From an uncultured virus (IMG/VR IMGVR_UViG_3300037258_000725) (taxonomy: Duplodnaviria > Heunggongvirae > Uroviricota > Caudoviricetes), in the IMG/VR virus record IMGVR_UViG_3300037258_000725: DNA of 64,000 nucleotides; one strand, written 5' to 3'. Every line of letters begins with the position of its first letter. Within the stretch, counting starts at the first letter, position 1. The translations under genes were made by a program, and so were the position numbers. The notes under the pieces are model-generated. The model saw only the letters and a list, made by a program, of their open reading frames with translations, was not told where the DNA came from and searched no databases. Of this stretch, positions 1-9,479 are shown piece after piece.

Positions 1-1
1 T

Positions 2-1765
2 ATGTTTTTCAGCGGGTACTTCCAAAAATGGCCCCAGCAGTGGGATGCGGAGACCCAGAGGGGCATTTCAGCGGCGAGCCTGGTGGACTCCTGGAATTAC
101 GTCAACGGCAACCTCCAGCCAATTTTGCTCCAGGAAATTCTGAACGACAACCCTTATTCCTACTGGCCGCTGACCGACGCTCAGGGGGTGACCCAAGGCT
201 CCAACCGGGCCCCCGGTAACAACATCCCGATGACCTCCACGCTGAGCAAGTATGGCTCCAGGGGGGCCGTGGCCCAGTTCGGGCAGAACAGTGATGCCCT
301 GCTGGGAGCTCAGGGCACCCTGATTGTCACCCAGTCGGTCCGTCTCCAGGCCCAGTCCGGCATGTGGCAGCAGACCCTTCCCTCCACCAGCGTGGGCCAG
401 TCTGGCGTCTACCTGACCGCCACTGATTCCAATTTTCCAGTGTCATCAGGCGGGGTCACGGTGGAGCTCTGGTTCCAGATCACCACGCCCTTGCAGACCA
501 ACACGGTGGTGCCGCTGTACTGGGCGAACAACACCCGAACCAGCGGGATCATCCTGGAGGTCAGTACTGCTGGGGACCTGAAGGTTTTTCAGCAACTGAA
601 CGGCACGACCGCGGATCTTGGCACGGTTGGCGGCGGATTCAATTACAACACCATTAACGCGCTCACCCACGTCGCCATTACATTCAATACCACCGCTTTC
701 ACCGTTTACATCAACGGCGTTTCGCAGATGACTGGCACGTTCTCCCCGGTCCTGAAGCACCTGACCGCCCTGAACTGCTGTGCTTTCCAGGGTGACCAGT
801 GGTTTTTCGCTGGCTATGTCGCCCACGTCGCCGTGTTCGGGTACCTTCTGGCACCTGGCCGGATTTACACCCATTATGTGGCTGGGGTCCAGGCCATGAC
901 CGGCGACACTGATTACGGCCGGATTGAGCGGCTAATTCAGGCCGGCGGCTACCAGGGCCGCAGAGTGATCTTGCAGAGCGATGAGGTCATTCAGCCCGAC
1001 TCCACCACCACCGTGGTCTCCTGCCAGGACATCTCCGGGCAGCCCGCGGCCACCTCGGTGCAGAACATCGTCACCAGCACGGCCCCCTCTGCCATGGTGG
1101 TGGCCCCCACTGGGGATGTGTTCTACCTCCAGCGGATGTGGGCATTCAATGAGCCAGTCAGATGGGTGCTGGGCGATGAGCCATGGCTGGGTGAGATTCC
1201 CTATGACCCTGATGACTTCATGGTTGACTATGACCCAACCCGGGTCATAAATGATGTCCAGTTGAGCCAGCTTGATAACCAGGACATTGTACTGCCCACG
1301 GTCAACCAGCTTCCCAGCCAGCAGCAATATGGAGACCTTACCTGGTGGCAAACGGGGTACCTCGAAGGTGACGTTCTCCAGCCGCTGACATTCGGCCCGG
1401 GGCTCCAGGACCTGGCGAACTGGGTCTTTGAAACCAACTCAAGACCATTCCTCAGGCCCTCCACGGTAACTATCGATGCCTCAGCTAATCCCTGGGCCTG
1501 GTCATTGGTCCTGGGCGTAGCACCAGGCGACATGATCACCTTGACCAGGAGGCCACCAACCCTCTCGGCCACGGCCAGCACCTCAGCCGTGATCTTCACC
1601 TTCACCGGCCGGGTCTCCCAGGTGCAGCGGGCGCTCACCTTCAATGACAGCCAGACCGCAGCCAAGGTGACCCTGACCATCGACCCTGCTCCTGAGCAGA
1701 ACGTCCTCACGGTCGGGGATGCCACCCGGGGCGTCCTGAATGGCACCAACGTCCTGGGCTGGTAG
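2..1765 (+). CDS. Minor tail protein with LamG/concanavalin-like domain (5' truncated)
   Basis: Long ORF; 'SYWPLTD', 'TVELWF', 'THVAITF...VYING' and 'G.VAHVAVF...L' motifs typical of LamG-containing actinophage tail proteins. Confidence 0.75.
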   Translation: MFFSGYFQKWPQQWDAETQRGISAASLVDSWNYVNGNLQPILLQEILNDNPYSYWPLTDAQGVTQGSNRAPGNNIPMTSTLSKYGSRGAVAQFGQNSDALLGAQGTLIVTQSVRLQAQSGMWQQTLPSTSVGQSGVYLTATDSNFPVSSGGVTVELWFQITTPLQTNTVVPLYWANNTRTSGIILEVSTAGDLKVFQQLNGTTADLGTVGGGFNYNTINALTHVAITFNTTAFTVYINGVSQMTGTFSPVLKHLTALNCCAFQGDQWFFAGYVAHVAVFGYLLAPGRIYTHYVAGVQAMTGDTDYGRIERLIQAGGYQGRRVILQSDEVIQPDSTTTVVSCQDISGQPAATSVQNIVTSTAPSAMVVAPTGDVFYLQRMWAFNEPVRWVLGDEPWLGEIPYDPDDFMVDYDPTRVINDVQLSQLDNQDIVLPTVNQLPSQQQYGDLTWWQTGYLEGDVLQPLTFGPGLQDLANWVFETNSRPFLRPSTVTIDASANPWAWSLVLGVAPGDMITLTRRPPTLSATASTSAVIFTFTGRVSQVQRALTFNDSQTAAKVTLTIDPAPEQNVLTVGDATRGVLNGTNVLGW

Positions 1766-1776
1766 GGGGTGGCCAG

Positions 1777-2937
1777 TTGACCTACCCAACCCTGCCTGAC
1801 CCCATCACCTGGGGCAATGGCGCGTTTATCACCGCACCCCAGTTGCGCGCCGACGTGAGCGACTCAGTAACCCTGCTGGCCGATCCGCCCATGTTTGTCG
1901 CCGCCCAGCAGACCACCGGCCAGACCCTCACCAGTGGCACAGGTGCCTCTGTCGTCCTGGATACCGAGTATTACGACAACTGGAAAGGGCACCTCGTCGC
2001 GCTGGCTGACAACCCGGATACGTATTATGCCCAGTTCGCTGGGTGGTATCTGTGCGAAGGCAGCGTACCATTGAATTACACCGGGGGTACGGGAAGTGTC
2101 TCGGCCGCAATTGGCGGGGTGCAGAATGGTGGCACCCTGACCGCCTATTACGGGCAGCGGATCAACAATAATGACACCACCAACTGCGCCGTTGTGGCCA
2201 AGCTCATGCGCATGGTCCACCTGGTCAACCAGGACTATATGCAGTTGTTTGGCTTCCAGGACACCGGGGCCAGCAGGACCCTGCAAAACACGGTAAGCAG
2301 CCCGCAGAATGCGTGGCCCTACCTTCAGTTGAAATGGGTGTGCGCCCTGTCAGGCACGGCAAACCTGAGCGTGCCCGTGAATGCATCCTGGCCAACTTCG
2401 CCAAGTGATATCACATCTACGTTCCTGGATATCAATATCCGGGACACGGTGAATTTCCTGATCTACCCGCCGACACTGGAGGCCACCTATAACGCGGGCA
2501 CGGCCACCCTTGCCTCGCAGGCGAGTATTCCCAGCACGACTGGCATCACCGTCCATCTAGACACAAAAACACTTGACAATTACAACGCCTACAGCACCTC
2601 TACGAATACCTGGACAGCCCCAGTGGGTGGCGTGTACTACTGCTACGGCCAACTGGGGCTTGTCACGGGAGCGAATACCAACTGCCTGTCCGCTGGCCTG
2701 ACGGTAACCAGCAGTAACTACTTCAGTGGCACCACCAACACCATCTGGGGCGGGGCACAGTCAGCAGTTCAGAGTGCGGCTGGGTGTGCCAATGTCGTGC
2801 GGCGCCGGCTTCGGCTAAATGCTGGGGACACCATCCAGCTAGCGGGCTACCAGACTGACAACGGCAGTGCGGCGGCCACCATCAACGGCAATAACTCCTG
2901 GTCCACCCGGCTCATCATTGTCTGGCAGGCGGCATGA
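1777..2937 (+). CDS. Minor tail/fiber protein with two C1q-like beta domains
   Basis: T/S/G/N-rich; 'NTWTAPVGGVYY' and 'LNAGDTIQL' C1q-like motifs; follows a tail gene. Confidence 0.65.
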   Translation: MTYPTLPDPITWGNGAFITAPQLRADVSDSVTLLADPPMFVAAQQTTGQTLTSGTGASVVLDTEYYDNWKGHLVALADNPDTYYAQFAGWYLCEGSVPLNYTGGTGSVSAAIGGVQNGGTLTAYYGQRINNNDTTNCAVVAKLMRMVHLVNQDYMQLFGFQDTGASRTLQNTVSSPQNAWPYLQLKWVCALSGTANLSVPVNASWPTSPSDITSTFLDINIRDTVNFLIYPPTLEATYNAGTATLASQASIPSTTGITVHLDTKTLDNYNAYSTSTNTWTAPVGGVYYCYGQLGLVTGANTNCLSAGLTVTSSNYFSGTTNTIWGGAQSAVQSAAGCANVVRRRLRLNAGDTIQLAGYQTDNGSAAATINGNNSWSTRLIIVWQAA

Positions 2938-3452
2938 CTCTCCAGCCCGCCGAGATCCCCGTCTTTCCTGCTGGGTATGCACCCAGTGCGACGGACTTTG
3001 ATGGCTGGGTTCAGGCACCCTTTGCCTTCTTGACCTCCCTGATCGTGTTCAGGGCTGAACAGCACACCGCTCAGGCCATTTCAGCCAACACCCACACCAC
3101 CATCACCTATGACACCGTGCTGGAGGACCCCTACGCGGGCTGGTCAGCCACCAACCACAGGTGGACCGCTCCCTTTACCGGCTGGTACAGCATCACAGTG
3201 ACGGCTGAGACCGCCACCCCATCCGGGACCATGGACCTGGCCGCGGCCATCAGCATCAGCGGCATCGTCCGTTACCAGTTGAGCTCCACTGTGGTCAGCA
3301 CCCATGCGGCAGGTGACTGCGTGGCCTTCACCGCAGCCATGGTGGGCGGCAGTGATTATGCCGCTGGGGAGGTCTGGGCTTCCTTGGCAACCACCTTGAA
3401 CAGCACGGCAGGGAAGTATTCAGCACTGGAAATTATCTTCGTTTCTGAATAG
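2934..3452 (+). CDS. Minor tail protein (C1q-like)
   Basis: ATGA overlap with upstream gene; 'ITYDTVLED...RWTAPFTGWY' motif. Confidence 0.6.
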   Translation: MTLQPAEIPVFPAGYAPSATDFDGWVQAPFAFLTSLIVFRAEQHTAQAISANTHTTITYDTVLEDPYAGWSATNHRWTAPFTGWYSITVTAETATPSGTMDLAAAISISGIVRYQLSSTVVSTHAAGDCVAFTAAMVGGSDYAAGEVWASLATTLNSTAGKYSALEIIFVSE

Positions 3453-3467
3453 TACGGAGGGCTGCCG

Positions 3468-3848
3468 GTGATCGGGGCACTGGCTGAAGCCGTTTCTCCC
3501 ATCGGCAATGCTGCCGGGGATCTCATCACTTATATTCTTGGCTTCGGTCCACTGGGCGTTGGCATAGTCCTTTTTGCCCTCCGGATTATCGTGCCAGGCA
3601 AAAGCGTGGATGATGCGGTGAAATCCGCTCGCGCTGACCTGGTGGCTGAAAACGAGCGATTGATCGAGGAGAAGCGCAGAGTTGAATCCCAGCGGGATGA
3701 GGCTGTGAAAGTGGCACAGGAAAAAATCGTCCCCCTTCTCACCACATTCCTGTCTACTACGGGCGCTTTGCTGCCACTGCTCCAGAACATGGTCGTTCGT
3801 GAACGTGATGACCAGTCTCGCAGTTACCGCAGGCGCGGGGGTGAATGA
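3468..3848 (+). CDS. Membrane protein with coiled coil (lysis-region, holin-like)
   Basis: GGAGG RBS; one TM segment followed by a charged coiled coil. Confidence 0.55.
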   Translation: MIGALAEAVSPIGNAAGDLITYILGFGPLGVGIVLFALRIIVPGKSVDDAVKSARADLVAENERLIEEKRRVESQRDEAVKVAQEKIVPLLTTFLSTTGALLPLLQNMVVRERDDQSRSYRRRGGE

Positions 3849-3851
3849 GGC

Positions 3852-4118
3852 ATGACCAGCGATTCGGCGGAGTCGTCTGAGCACCTGTCACCCCATGTCG
3901 CCGCACTCGTAGAGGCGGTGAGAGCCAGAGTGGCTGATGCTCCATCGGCCGATCAGATTCAGGACCTGGCCGACAAGGCAGCCGCCAGTGCCAAGGACAA
4001 TATGCTCACCATTTCTGAGATCAGTGAACTGGCCGAGCTCGCTATTGAGCGGGCGCGGAAGGTGGACCTTCTGGTGACCCGCCTCTCGGAATTGGTGGGC
4101 GGGGGCAGCGATGAGTGA
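3852..4118 (+). CDS. Hypothetical helical protein
   Basis: Tightly packed co-directional ORF with GAGG RBS. Confidence 0.55.
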   Translation: MTSDSAESSEHLSPHVAALVEAVRARVADAPSADQIQDLADKAAASAKDNMLTISEISELAELAIERARKVDLLVTRLSELVGGGSDE

Positions 4119-4293
4119 TAAGCCCCGCAAGGCCCTGGCCACTGAGGCCCAGATCCTGGCCATTGCCAAGGAACTTGATGGCCTCCTGAGCGACCTGAGC
4201 GCGAACGTCAGCGAGCTAACTGCCCGCCTGGCTGATGCCACGCAAGATCCGCCACCGGACACAGGCCCACAGGAAAGGCTGGTATTGCCGTGA
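4111..4293 (+). CDS. Small coiled-coil hypothetical protein
   Basis: Overlaps neighbours by 8 and 4 nt. Confidence 0.55.
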   Translation: MSDKPRKALATEAQILAIAKELDGLLSDLSANVSELTARLADATQDPPPDTGPQERLVLP

Positions 4294-4733
4294 CCGAGCG
4301 CCGGGAGACCATGGCCACAGCCGAGCGGCTGTCCACGCGGCTGGAGGGTGTCCGTGCTGAGCTTGAGCAAGTCAACAGGTATGGCCGCAGGTCCAGGCAC
4401 ATCATCTGGGGGCTGAGCATCTCCCTGGTGGTGGACATCCTGCTGACGGTCCTTATCTCTGTGGTGGCCGTCCAGGCCAACAATGCCAGCAACACGGCCG
4501 GGAATGCCTTCGCCTCCAACCAGGCGCTGTGCAAGGCGACCAACACATCCCGGCACCAGCAGGTCGCCCTGTGGACCTACCTGATTGACCTGTCCCTGTC
4601 CAGCAATCCCAAGCCCAGGACCGCCAAGCAGAAGGCCGCCCAGGCCAGGAGTGAAGCCCTGCTGGCCAAGTTTGAGCGGCACCTGAGGGCGGTCTTTGCA
4701 CCACGGAACTGTGCCAACCTAACCGGCAAGTAA
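4290..4733 (+). CDS. Single-TM membrane protein (lysis region)
   Basis: GTGA overlap; central hydrophobic helix and a two-Cys C-terminal part. Confidence 0.6.
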   Translation: MTERRETMATAERLSTRLEGVRAELEQVNRYGRRSRHIIWGLSISLVVDILLTVLISVVAVQANNASNTAGNAFASNQALCKATNTSRHQQVALWTYLIDLSLSSNPKPRTAKQKAAQARSEALLAKFERHLRAVFAPRNCANLTGK

Positions 4734-4744
4734 CAAGGGGGCAT

Positions 4745-5221
4745 GTGGCTGATGAGGTAGCCGCCCACCAGCAAGCCGAGACCCATCACTACCTCGTCCA
4801 TTTCCCGGCTCACCCTGCCCGCAAGGATGACCCGCACTATGTGGACTTCGAGCACTTCCACCGGGCCCACAGGGCAACAGCGAGGTGCTGGATTGGGGAG
4901 CGGATCGGCTACCAGGAATGCCGGGATGCCCATGGCCGCCCCTGCCCGCCACCAGAAGACGGCGGCGAGCAACCAGGACTGGAACTCCACCACAGCATCA
5001 TTGAGTTCAGCCTCCAGAACGGGGTGGACCTGGCTGCGCTGGAGCATGACTACCCAGGGGTGTCGGATGCCACCTGCGTTGGGGAGTGGGTGGAGTCTGC
5101 TGAGTCCAACCTCCGCTGGCTCTGCTGTATCCATCACCGTGGCGCCGCTGGAGCTCACACAGCCAGCCATTCGGACTGGTCGGCCAGTGCATATGTGCAC
5201 GGCCTGCTGAGCGGCTCCTGA
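4745..5221 (+). CDS. His/Cys-rich HNH-like protein
   Basis: 'C...ELHH...NLRWLCCIHH' resembles the HNH nuclease fold. Confidence 0.5.
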   Translation: MADEVAAHQQAETHHYLVHFPAHPARKDDPHYVDFEHFHRAHRATARCWIGERIGYQECRDAHGRPCPPPEDGGEQPGLELHHSIIEFSLQNGVDLAALEHDYPGVSDATCVGEWVESAESNLRWLCCIHHRGAAGAHTASHSDWSASAYVHGLLSGS

Positions 5222-5239
5222 CCGTTTAGGCTGGCTGGT

Positions 5240-5308
5240 GCCCGCGGAGGGGCCAACCTCCGACATGATCACCGGCCTGACGCCCGCAGGGGGGCAGCCT
5301 TCTCTGAC
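5240..5308 (+). CRISPR. Mini-array A: 2 Cas12m-type hairpin repeats with a 17-nt spacer
   Basis: GCCCG-CGGAGG-GGCCAA-CCTCCG-AC (5240-5264), spacer ATGATCACCGGCCTGAC, GCCCG-CAGGGG-GGCAGCCT-TCTCTG-AC (5282-5308; pairs only with G-U, which fixes the strand). Confidence 0.75.
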
Positions 5309-5339
5309 CTCCAGCCTTCCCAGTGAACGATGGGGGCAT

Positions 5340-5639
5340 GTGGGTGGCTTCTGGCACAGCCTCCTGCACCTCCTGGGCATCGATGATGAGTCAGGCCACT
5401 GGTATGCCTGGTGGTCTGGTGCTGGCTCCGACGTGGGTGAGCTCGCCATTCTGGGCGGCATCATCGGTGCCTGGCACAAGGTCAACTGCCATGTGAAGGG
5501 CTGCCCCAGGATCGGCCGCCACCACGTCGATGGCACCACCTATGTGGTCTGCCGCCACCACCACCCAGAAGACAAGCCCACCCACCATGACGTGCTGGCC
5601 GCTTACCGGCAGCACCAGGCCAAGAAGGATCATCATTGA
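5340..5639 (+). CDS. Small membrane protein with C-terminal Cys/His motif
   Basis: GTG start after GGGGG; 'WYAWWSG' then TM then 'CHVKGC...C.HHHP'. Confidence 0.55.
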   Translation: MGGFWHSLLHLLGIDDESGHWYAWWSGAGSDVGELAILGGIIGAWHKVNCHVKGCPRIGRHHVDGTTYVVCRHHHPEDKPTHHDVLAAYRQHQAKKDHH

Positions 5640-6100
5640 CCACCGTGCCAGCCCTGGCCCGCCAGCTAACTGAGATCAACCGGGAATATGCGCGGGGTGA
5701 GGCAGCCATCTGGGTGGCCGATCATTCCATCCGGCACGGGATCTCCCCCAAGGAGGCCCGGCACCTGGTGGAGGTGCTGGGGCTCACTGATGCCTGCTAC
5801 CGCTGGGATGTGGCCCGGGTGGTGTGCGTGGTGCTGGAGCACTGCCGCTACGGCCGGGAGTTCACGGCCTGCACCTTGTATGCCTGGGTGCCGCTGCGGG
5901 CCCGGGATCTGGTGCCCAGGGCCTTTCAGTGGCTGGCCAGGGAGGGCTGCATTCAGGCTGTGGGCAAGCAGCCATCCCGGGCCCCAGGAGCCCGGGGCAG
6001 GAAGATCACGGTCTGGCGGATGACTCATGCTGGTGAGGAGTTGTCCAGGAGCGTCTCACCCATCCCGGGCATGACACCGTTTTTGGCTGAGATCTTCTGA
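5636..6100 (+). CDS. Hypothetical protein, possible winged-helix
   Basis: TTGA overlap; C-terminal 'LAREGCI...VWRMT.AG' pattern. Confidence 0.45.
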   Translation: MTTVPALARQLTEINREYARGEAAIWVADHSIRHGISPKEARHLVEVLGLTDACYRWDVARVVCVVLEHCRYGREFTACTLYAWVPLRARDLVPRAFQWLAREGCIQAVGKQPSRAPGARGRKITVWRMTHAGEELSRSVSPIPGMTPFLAEIF

Positions 6101-6116
6101 GTGGGGGGATGACGGT

Positions 6117-7028
6117 ATGGGTTTGCCTGGCGTCGATGTCGCCAGCTATCAGGGACTGCCAGGACAGTGGAAGGGCTCCGCTGGGGCCATCCAGTGGGCA
6201 GCAGTGAAGCTCACTGAGTACGAGCCGGGCGGGCACAGCTACGTCAACCCCGATGCCCTGGCCGACTGGGAGTTCCTGAAGGCGGCGGGCCATGGGCGGA
6301 TTGCCTACCTGTTTGGCCACCCCTCCATGCCGGTGGCAGCCACCGTGAACCTGTTCACCAAGACCGTGAGCGCGTTCGGGGGCCTGCTGCCAGGTGATGG
6401 CATCATGCTCGATCACGAGACCACAGACGGCCGGTCAGCCGCCCAGGTGTCCACCTGGGCCCAGGATGTGCTCCAGTTGCTCAAGCGGAACCTGGGCCGC
6501 ACGCCGATGGTCTACACCTACCTGTCGTTTGCCTGGGAGGGCAACTGCAACGGGCTGGGGGCCTACCCGCTGTGGATCTCCGACCCGGACAGCCCAGCGG
6601 GCCGGCCCAGGGTGCCCTCACCGTGGAAGACCTGGGCCATCCATCAGTATTCGGTCACTGGCGGCATCGACCGTGACGTGACCACCTGGACCACCCGCAA
6701 GACCATGGCGGCGGTCATCGGCAAGCAGGCCACCTCAGGGGAGGCGGATGTGAAGGATCTCGGCGGGAGCTTTGGCGGGGATGCCCTGACCTCGGCCAGG
6801 TGGGACAACGGGGTGACGGTCGTGGCGGGCACCAATGCCAAGGGCCAGATCATGATGAACCGCTGGGCCTCAGGGGACTGGTCCGGCTGGAGCATAGTGG
6901 TGGCCGGGCCCGTCAAGAGCGCACCCAGCCTGACTGTCTGGCCCGGTCAGGGCCACCTGTACTACACGGCGGCTGACGGGCATGTGGTGCAGTTGGCCAG
7001 CACTGACCATGGCCAGACCTGGACCTGA
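6117..7028 (+). CDS. Endolysin, GH25 muramidase with C-terminal beta-repeat domain
   Basis: 'GVDVASYQG', 'VKLTE', 'LDHE', 'PMVYT', 'YPLWI', 'W.IHQYS...GIDRD' GH25 motifs. Confidence 0.9.
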   Translation: MGLPGVDVASYQGLPGQWKGSAGAIQWAAVKLTEYEPGGHSYVNPDALADWEFLKAAGHGRIAYLFGHPSMPVAATVNLFTKTVSAFGGLLPGDGIMLDHETTDGRSAAQVSTWAQDVLQLLKRNLGRTPMVYTYLSFAWEGNCNGLGAYPLWISDPDSPAGRPRVPSPWKTWAIHQYSVTGGIDRDVTTWTTRKTMAAVIGKQATSGEADVKDLGGSFGGDALTSARWDNGVTVVAGTNAKGQIMMNRWASGDWSGWSIVVAGPVKSAPSLTVWPGQGHLYYTAADGHVVQLASTDHGQTWT

Positions 7029-7046
7029 TGTTAGCCAGGGTTCGGT

Positions 7047-7334
7047 GTCGGAGGTCACCCCTCCGCGGGCCCTTGTGCCTTACCTACTTCGTCAGAGGTT
7101 TCAGGCCCCTCTGCGGGCCCTCATCGCGGTCGGGTTCTTCGTCGGAGGCCCTGGTGCCCCTCCGCGGGCTCTGGGATCATTCGCCCAATGTCGGGGATGA
7201 TGGCCTCCCCGCAGGCCTGAGGCTGGCGGATTTGTCGGAGACCCCTCTCCGCGACCGGATTTGTCGGAGACCCCCCTTCTCCGCGAGCGAAGCGTGGAGC
7301 TCACGCTCATGTCGGAGATCACTTCTCCGCGAGT
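7047..7334 (-). CRISPR. Mini-array B: 7 Cas12m-type hairpin repeats
   Basis: Units start at 7047, 7091, 7141, 7190, 7234, 7263 and 7311; intervening sequences are 20, 22, 20, 17, 6 and 22 nt; stems covary (CGGAGG/CAGAGG/CGGGGA/CGGAGA). Confidence 0.85.
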
Positions 7335-7351
7335 GCCCCTCAAGCTAACAC

Positions 7352-7388
7352 AGGGAACCCGCAGCCCTTGAGGGGCTGCGGGTTCCCT
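7352..7388. terminator. Long hairpin between convergent units
   Basis: AGGGAACCCGCAGCCC-TTGAG-GGGCTGCGGGTTCCCT perfect inverted repeat. Confidence 0.6.
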
Positions 7389-7425
7389 TGGCTCTGGCCT
7401 CCAGGCTGTCAACCTGGGTCAGAGG

Positions 7426-7632
7426 CTACACCCTGGCCGTGCGCCGGTCTGCCCGCCGAGGGCGCCGGATGAAGGTGACTTCATCGGGGTCCAGGTCGTC
7501 CGTCCACCGGCTGCGCCGCAGCCGCTGAGTGGCCACTGCTGCGGCCGAGAAGCTGGTCACGTCCGGGCTGGTGACGATCCCAGCATCCGGGCGGCCGACA
7601 CGGTTGGGCTTGCGGATCAGTGCTGCATACAT
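7426..7632 (-). CDS. Small basic hypothetical protein
   Basis: AAGGAG RBS before ATG; downstream of the predicted promoter at 7675-7704. Confidence 0.55.
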   Translation of the reverse strand: MYAALIRKPNRVGRPDAGIVTSPDVTSFSAAAVATQRLRRSRWTDDLDPDEVTFIRRPRRADRRTARV

Positions 7633-7674
7633 CGGGCTGTGCTCCTTCGGGTGTGGGTGGAACCAACAAGCACG

Positions 7675-7704
7675 ATGGTAATGCCATAAGCGATATGGCG
7701 TCAA
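7675..7704 (-). promoter_or_regulatory. Sigma70-type promoter with internal GCCATA-N5-TATGGC operator
   Basis: TTGACG-18 nt-TACCAT on the minus strand; the palindrome is shared with 14992, 25886 and 59635. Confidence 0.65.
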
Positions 7705-7722
7705 CTCAGACACGCTAGGAGT

Positions 7723-8580
7723 TTGCCCGTGCCGCATGCCCCCAGGCCAACCAGGTTCGGCCGTGTCCATGTCCCTGAGCCGCTGGAGAGCCTGGGCCAT
7801 TTGCATTTCGCCACGGCAGAGCCCAGGGCCCTGGAGCCAGTCAGCCATGAACTCCGGGTGCCTGTGCTGGACCAGGAAGACCTCCTGAAGCAGGGCATCG
7901 ACACGGCCACCCTGATCAAGGGCGCGAGCGAGGTGGATGCCCTGGGCTCCTGTGTGGCCAATGCCTCCACCGCAGCCCTGTCCTTCGGGCTGACCCCAGC
8001 CGAGCTCGACGGGATGCTTCCGCCTGGCTCACCGCGGCTGAGCCTGAGTGATGCCGTGGCCGATGAGGAGTTCGCCATCTGGCTCTACCACTGCCTGACG
8101 GACTCCAGCGGGGACTCAGCGGATGAGTGGCCACCCAGCGATGTGGGCTCCTCCGGGCTGACCGCGTGCAGGTTCCTGAAGCATCAGGGCCTGATCGAGG
8201 GCTCCAGGATCGCCCATGGGGGCATCAACATCCTGAGCCTGCTCCAGGCTGGCCCCCTGATCGTGGGCCAGCCCTGGTTCAACGCCTGGATGGACCCGGA
8301 CCGGGATGGGTTCATTGACGGGGACGGCTCCCCGGAACAGCTTCAGGCTGACATCGGCAGTGGTGTCGCCGGCGGGCACGAGACCTGCTGGTATGCCATC
8401 GACTCCCTTGGCTATGACCTGGCCGGGGGGATCGACCCAGAGAAGACCGTCATCAGGTTCAGGAACTCCTGGAGCTCAGCCTGGGCGCTGAACGGGGATG
8501 GAAGGGCCCACCTGTCCACGTTCCTGGCCCTGGGGTCCTACTGCGACTACAGGCAGTTCACCTTCAGGTCTGCTGCCTAG
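7723..8580 (+). CDS. Papain-like (C1) cysteine peptidase
   Basis: 'GSCVANA' (catalytic Cys), 'GGHE' (His), 'FRNSW...W...G' (Asn). Confidence 0.85.
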   Translation: MPVPHAPRPTRFGRVHVPEPLESLGHLHFATAEPRALEPVSHELRVPVLDQEDLLKQGIDTATLIKGASEVDALGSCVANASTAALSFGLTPAELDGMLPPGSPRLSLSDAVADEEFAIWLYHCLTDSSGDSADEWPPSDVGSSGLTACRFLKHQGLIEGSRIAHGGINILSLLQAGPLIVGQPWFNAWMDPDRDGFIDGDGSPEQLQADIGSGVAGGHETCWYAIDSLGYDLAGGIDPEKTVIRFRNSWSSAWALNGDGRAHLSTFLALGSYCDYRQFTFRSAA

Positions 8581-8759
8581 GTGGGCGGGTCCTGGTCATA
8601 CCAGCCATCCGGGGACACCCGCCAGGAGCGGTCCTGGTAGGCCCTGTCGGCTAGCTCGCACTGCCGGTCAAAGCAGCCACAGCCTGGGCCTGTGCAGTGG
8701 TCATGGTCATCTTCGGCACAGGCCGGGCAGGCATTCAGGTGGCGGCGCTTGCGGGCCAT
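8577..8759 (-). CDS. Small Cys-rich hypothetical protein
   Basis: GGAG RBS; CxxC...HxHC...CxC. Confidence 0.45.
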   Translation of the reverse strand: MARKRRHLNACPACAEDDHDHCTGPGCGCFDRQCELADRAYQDRSWRVSPDGWYDQDPPT

Positions 8760-8775
8760 GGCTCCAGCATAAGCC

Positions 8776-8812
8776 AGGAGCACCCTCACCAAGTGTGATG
8801 AGGGTGCTCCTG
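8776..8812. terminator. Intergenic hairpin
   Basis: CAGGAGCACCCTCA...TGAGGGTGCTCCTG inverted repeat. Confidence 0.5.
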
Positions 8813-8824
8813 AGCGTTACCCCT

Positions 8825-8983
8825 TCAGAAGAAATACAGAATCAGGAACATGATCAGCCAGGGCAGCACCCCGGCGATGGCAGTGAGCAGGATGATTACG
8901 GCCTCCTGGGCGACCGCTTTCCAGCTTGTCTCCTTTTCCAGAAGACTCTGCCTTTTCTTGGGAAGCCCTGATACCTTCGCCAT
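8825..8983 (-). CDS. Small membrane protein
   Basis: Basic N-terminus and hydrophobic C-terminus. Confidence 0.45.
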   Translation of the reverse strand: MAKVSGLPKKRQSLLEKETSWKAVAQEAVIILLTAIAGVLPWLIMFLILYFF

Positions 8984-9479
8984 GGTCTGTCCTTTTGGGA
9001 GAACCGGACGGGCCACCGTTGGACGGCCACCCTGGTGCTAGCAGGGTGGCCGTCGTCTTGCAGGGTGAGTTGACGGTCTCGATGTCCCGCTCTCACCCCG
9101 TTGAAGGCCCTTTTGCTGGGCCACACCGTAACGCTTTGTAAGCCCTCCCCGCACGGGAAATGGTGACTATCTTCTCACCTACCGGCCGGTACGGGTCGTC
9201 AGGGCTCTGACCTGCGCATATGCCGCTGTGATGTTCGCTATAGATGCATCTTGCGATTCACATTGCCGTCACTGGCTGCGCTCAAGTAGTCACTCTGAGC
9301 ACAGTTGATTAATCAATTCAGTTACAGCGTGTCAGTTTCCGCCTGGAAAGCACAAGGGCGCCCCGCGACGAGAGGGGATCTCGCACGGGACGCCCTTGTG
9401 CTGCCCGCCCGATCACGACAGGAGCCGGATTATCCCTCCCGCTCACAGGCAACCGAGAGTTTACACCCGTTGGAGGCAT

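Noticed and set aside
7047..7334. TIGR-Tas-type dual-repeat array
   Set aside because: No box C/D motifs, irregular unit length, and no Nop-domain protein seen
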